A stretch of DNA of 64,000 bases from NCBI GenBank assembly GCA_038087875.1, contig CM075993.1, positions 4,838,001 through 4,902,000 on the forward strand. The letters run 5' to 3'. The stretch is from Malacoraja senta. Its lineage: Eukaryota. Made by a program: the position numbers and the translations under genes. Under the pieces are notes generated by a model. The model ran no database searches and was not told the origin of the DNA. It saw only the letters and a list, made by a program, of their open reading frames with translations. How positions within the stretch are numbered: position 1 is the stretch's first letter; every line of letters begins with the position of its first letter. Of this stretch, positions 62,002 through 64,000 are shown in pieces.

Positions 62002-62638
62002 CATAGATATAGACATAGAAAATAGGTGCAGGAGTAGGCCATTCGGCCCTTCGAGCCTGCACCGCCATTCAATATGATCATGGCTGATCATCCAACTCAG
62101 TATCCTGTACCTGCCTTCTCTCCATACCCCCTGATCCCTTTAGCCACAAGGGCCACATCTAACTCCCTCTTAAATATAGCCAATGAACTGACCTCAACTA
62201 CATTCTGTGGCAGAGAATTCCAGAGATTCACCACTCTCTGTGTAAAAAATGTTTTTCTCATCTCAGTCCTAAAAGATTTCCCCTTTATCCTTAAACTGTG
62301 ACCCCTTGTTCTGGACTTCCCCAACATCGGGAACAATCTTCCTGCATCTAGTCTGTCCAACCCCTTAAGAATTTTGTAAGTTTCTATAAGATCCCCCCTC
62401 AATCTTCTAAATTCTAGCGAGTACAAGCCGAGTCTATCCAGTCTTTCTTCATATGAAAGTCCTGCCATCCCAGGAATCAGTCTGGTGAACCTTCTCTGTA
62501 CTCCCTCTATGGCAAGAATGTCCTTCCTCAGATTAGGAGACCAAAACTGTACGCAATACTCCAGGTGTGGTCTCACCAAGACCCTGTACAACTGCAGTAG
62601 AACCTCCCTGCTCCTATACTCAAATCCTTTTGCTATGA
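62002..62638 (-). mobile_element. CR1 3' fragment
   Basis: ORF 62097..62591. Confidence 0.93.
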
Positions 62639-63287
62639 CCTACCTGTTGGGATCTGTGGATTGGCACTCTGTATCTTCTGTGGGTCCACGCTTCTCATTC
62701 ATTGTACACTGACTGGCCTTTTCCAAATGTACTGCCTCTGAGTTCTCCAGAATAAAATCCATTGATTCCTTCCTGGTGCCCCAGATTCCCTCACTGCCAC
62801 CAAGGACTGTCAAATACATTGCCAGCTTTGGATGGAGGTTCAGTGGACACAGGTTGTGCAAGCCCAAATGCCACTGTTGTGCCACATGCCAACAGTCCAA
62901 CTCAAAGCCTTGTGCAATTTCCAATACCAGCAGTGCAGGAACAATGATATATACTTGCAAGAGAAAAATGTCTAATGAATTAGAAATCACAAAGCTGCTT
63001 GAAATTTGTAATAAGAATAGATTCTGTAAACAGGCAGCATGTCAGGAAACTGCTCTGGGGATTGTAAAAAGCAATTAACATGACAGGAAAGAAAGGCATT
63101 TTTTTCTGTTTGGGATTGCCCAGTGGTCAGTCTGACTACTTGGTTAACCAGACTGCCCGCAATAGGTCAAGTGGCTTAAAGAGTCGAGTGTATTTAATTG
63201 TCATATGTACCGACAATGGAAGAATTAAGATTCTTACCTGGGTGCAGCTAAACAGGCCCATTAACAGAATACACACGTGATATAATA

Positions 63288-63720
63288 ATAGAAACATAGG
63301 TGCAGGAGTAGGCTATTCGGCCCTTTGAGCCTGCACCGCCATTCAATATGATCATGGCTGATCATCCAACTCAGTATCCTGTACCTGCTTTCTCTCCATA
63401 CCCCCTGATCCCTTTAGCCACAAGGGCCACATCTAACTCCCTCTTAAATATAGCCAATGAACTGGCCTCAATTACCTTCTGTGGCAGAGAATTCCAGAGA
63501 TTCACCACTCTTTGTGTAAAAAATGTTTTTCTCATCTCGGTCCTAAAAGACTTCCCCCTTATCCTTAAACTGTGACCCCTTGTTCTGGACTTCCCCAACA
63601 TCGGGAACAATCTTCCTGCATCTAGCCTGTCCAACCCCTTAAGAATTTTGTACGTTTCTATAAGATCCCCCCCTCAATCTTCTAAACTCTAGCGAGTACA
63701 AGCCGAGTCTATCCAGTCTT
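63288..63720 (-). mobile_element. CR1 3' fragment
   Basis: ORF 63371..63634 plus 3'UTR. Confidence 0.9.
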
Positions 63721-64000
63721 TATCAAAAATAAAATAAAATAAAAACCATAATATTAGGTAACCATCATCATCATCGGCGGTCACTCGAAACGAGTATGAC
63801 TGTCCTCTTTCGGGAGGACGCCTGTGCATGACTTTGTTTAACGTGGGGAGACTGGGGCACAGACAGCCACCCCACGGTCCTTGACGGATCTGGGTCCGTA
63901 TACAAGACAAGGCAAGAGAGTTTATTGTCATGTGTCCCAGATAGGACAATGAAATTCTCCGGACAATATAAGTGCAAAACCTTAGTCCACAGTGCAACCA

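Noticed and set aside
62837..62895. RFSGHRLCKPK, resembling recalled human PSTPIP1 exon 13 start (RFSGLLHGSPK)
   Set aside because: Weak acceptor (GGAG, no pyrimidine tract) and no suitable donor; likely chance, though RNA-seq would settle it

Overview
Vertebrate genomic DNA, most likely from a cartilaginous fish (skate/ray-like, inferred from the HE1-type V-SINE, CR1 and Penelope repeat landscape). The window holds one host gene on the + strand, PSTPIP1 (F-BAR adaptor). I traced coding exons 1-12 (921..60393, 926 nt, all GT-AG, reading frame continuous). The SH3-encoding 3' exons are not found and presumably lie beyond the window. The introns are mostly transposon debris: young 5'-truncated CR1 LINEs, L1/Tx1, Rex1-like and L2 fragments, tRNA-derived V-SINEs, Harbinger-type and hAT-type MITEs, and dozens of Penelope-like terminal-repeat fragments. 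Most notable: (1) these Penelope-like repeats carry a minimal hammerhead-ribozyme motif and often occur as inverted pairs; (2) a 580-bp insertion made mostly of (CCCTAA)n telomeric repeats has a 9-bp target-site duplication and structured ends; (3) a MITE family shares termini and a central palindrome but differs internally; (4) fold-back templated sequence occurs at two CR1 5' junctions; (5) Ser occupies the position equivalent to human PAPA-syndrome residue A230. Most short ORFs in the track are repeat-derived or spurious. Repeat boundaries were read by eye and are approximate unless TSDs are given.
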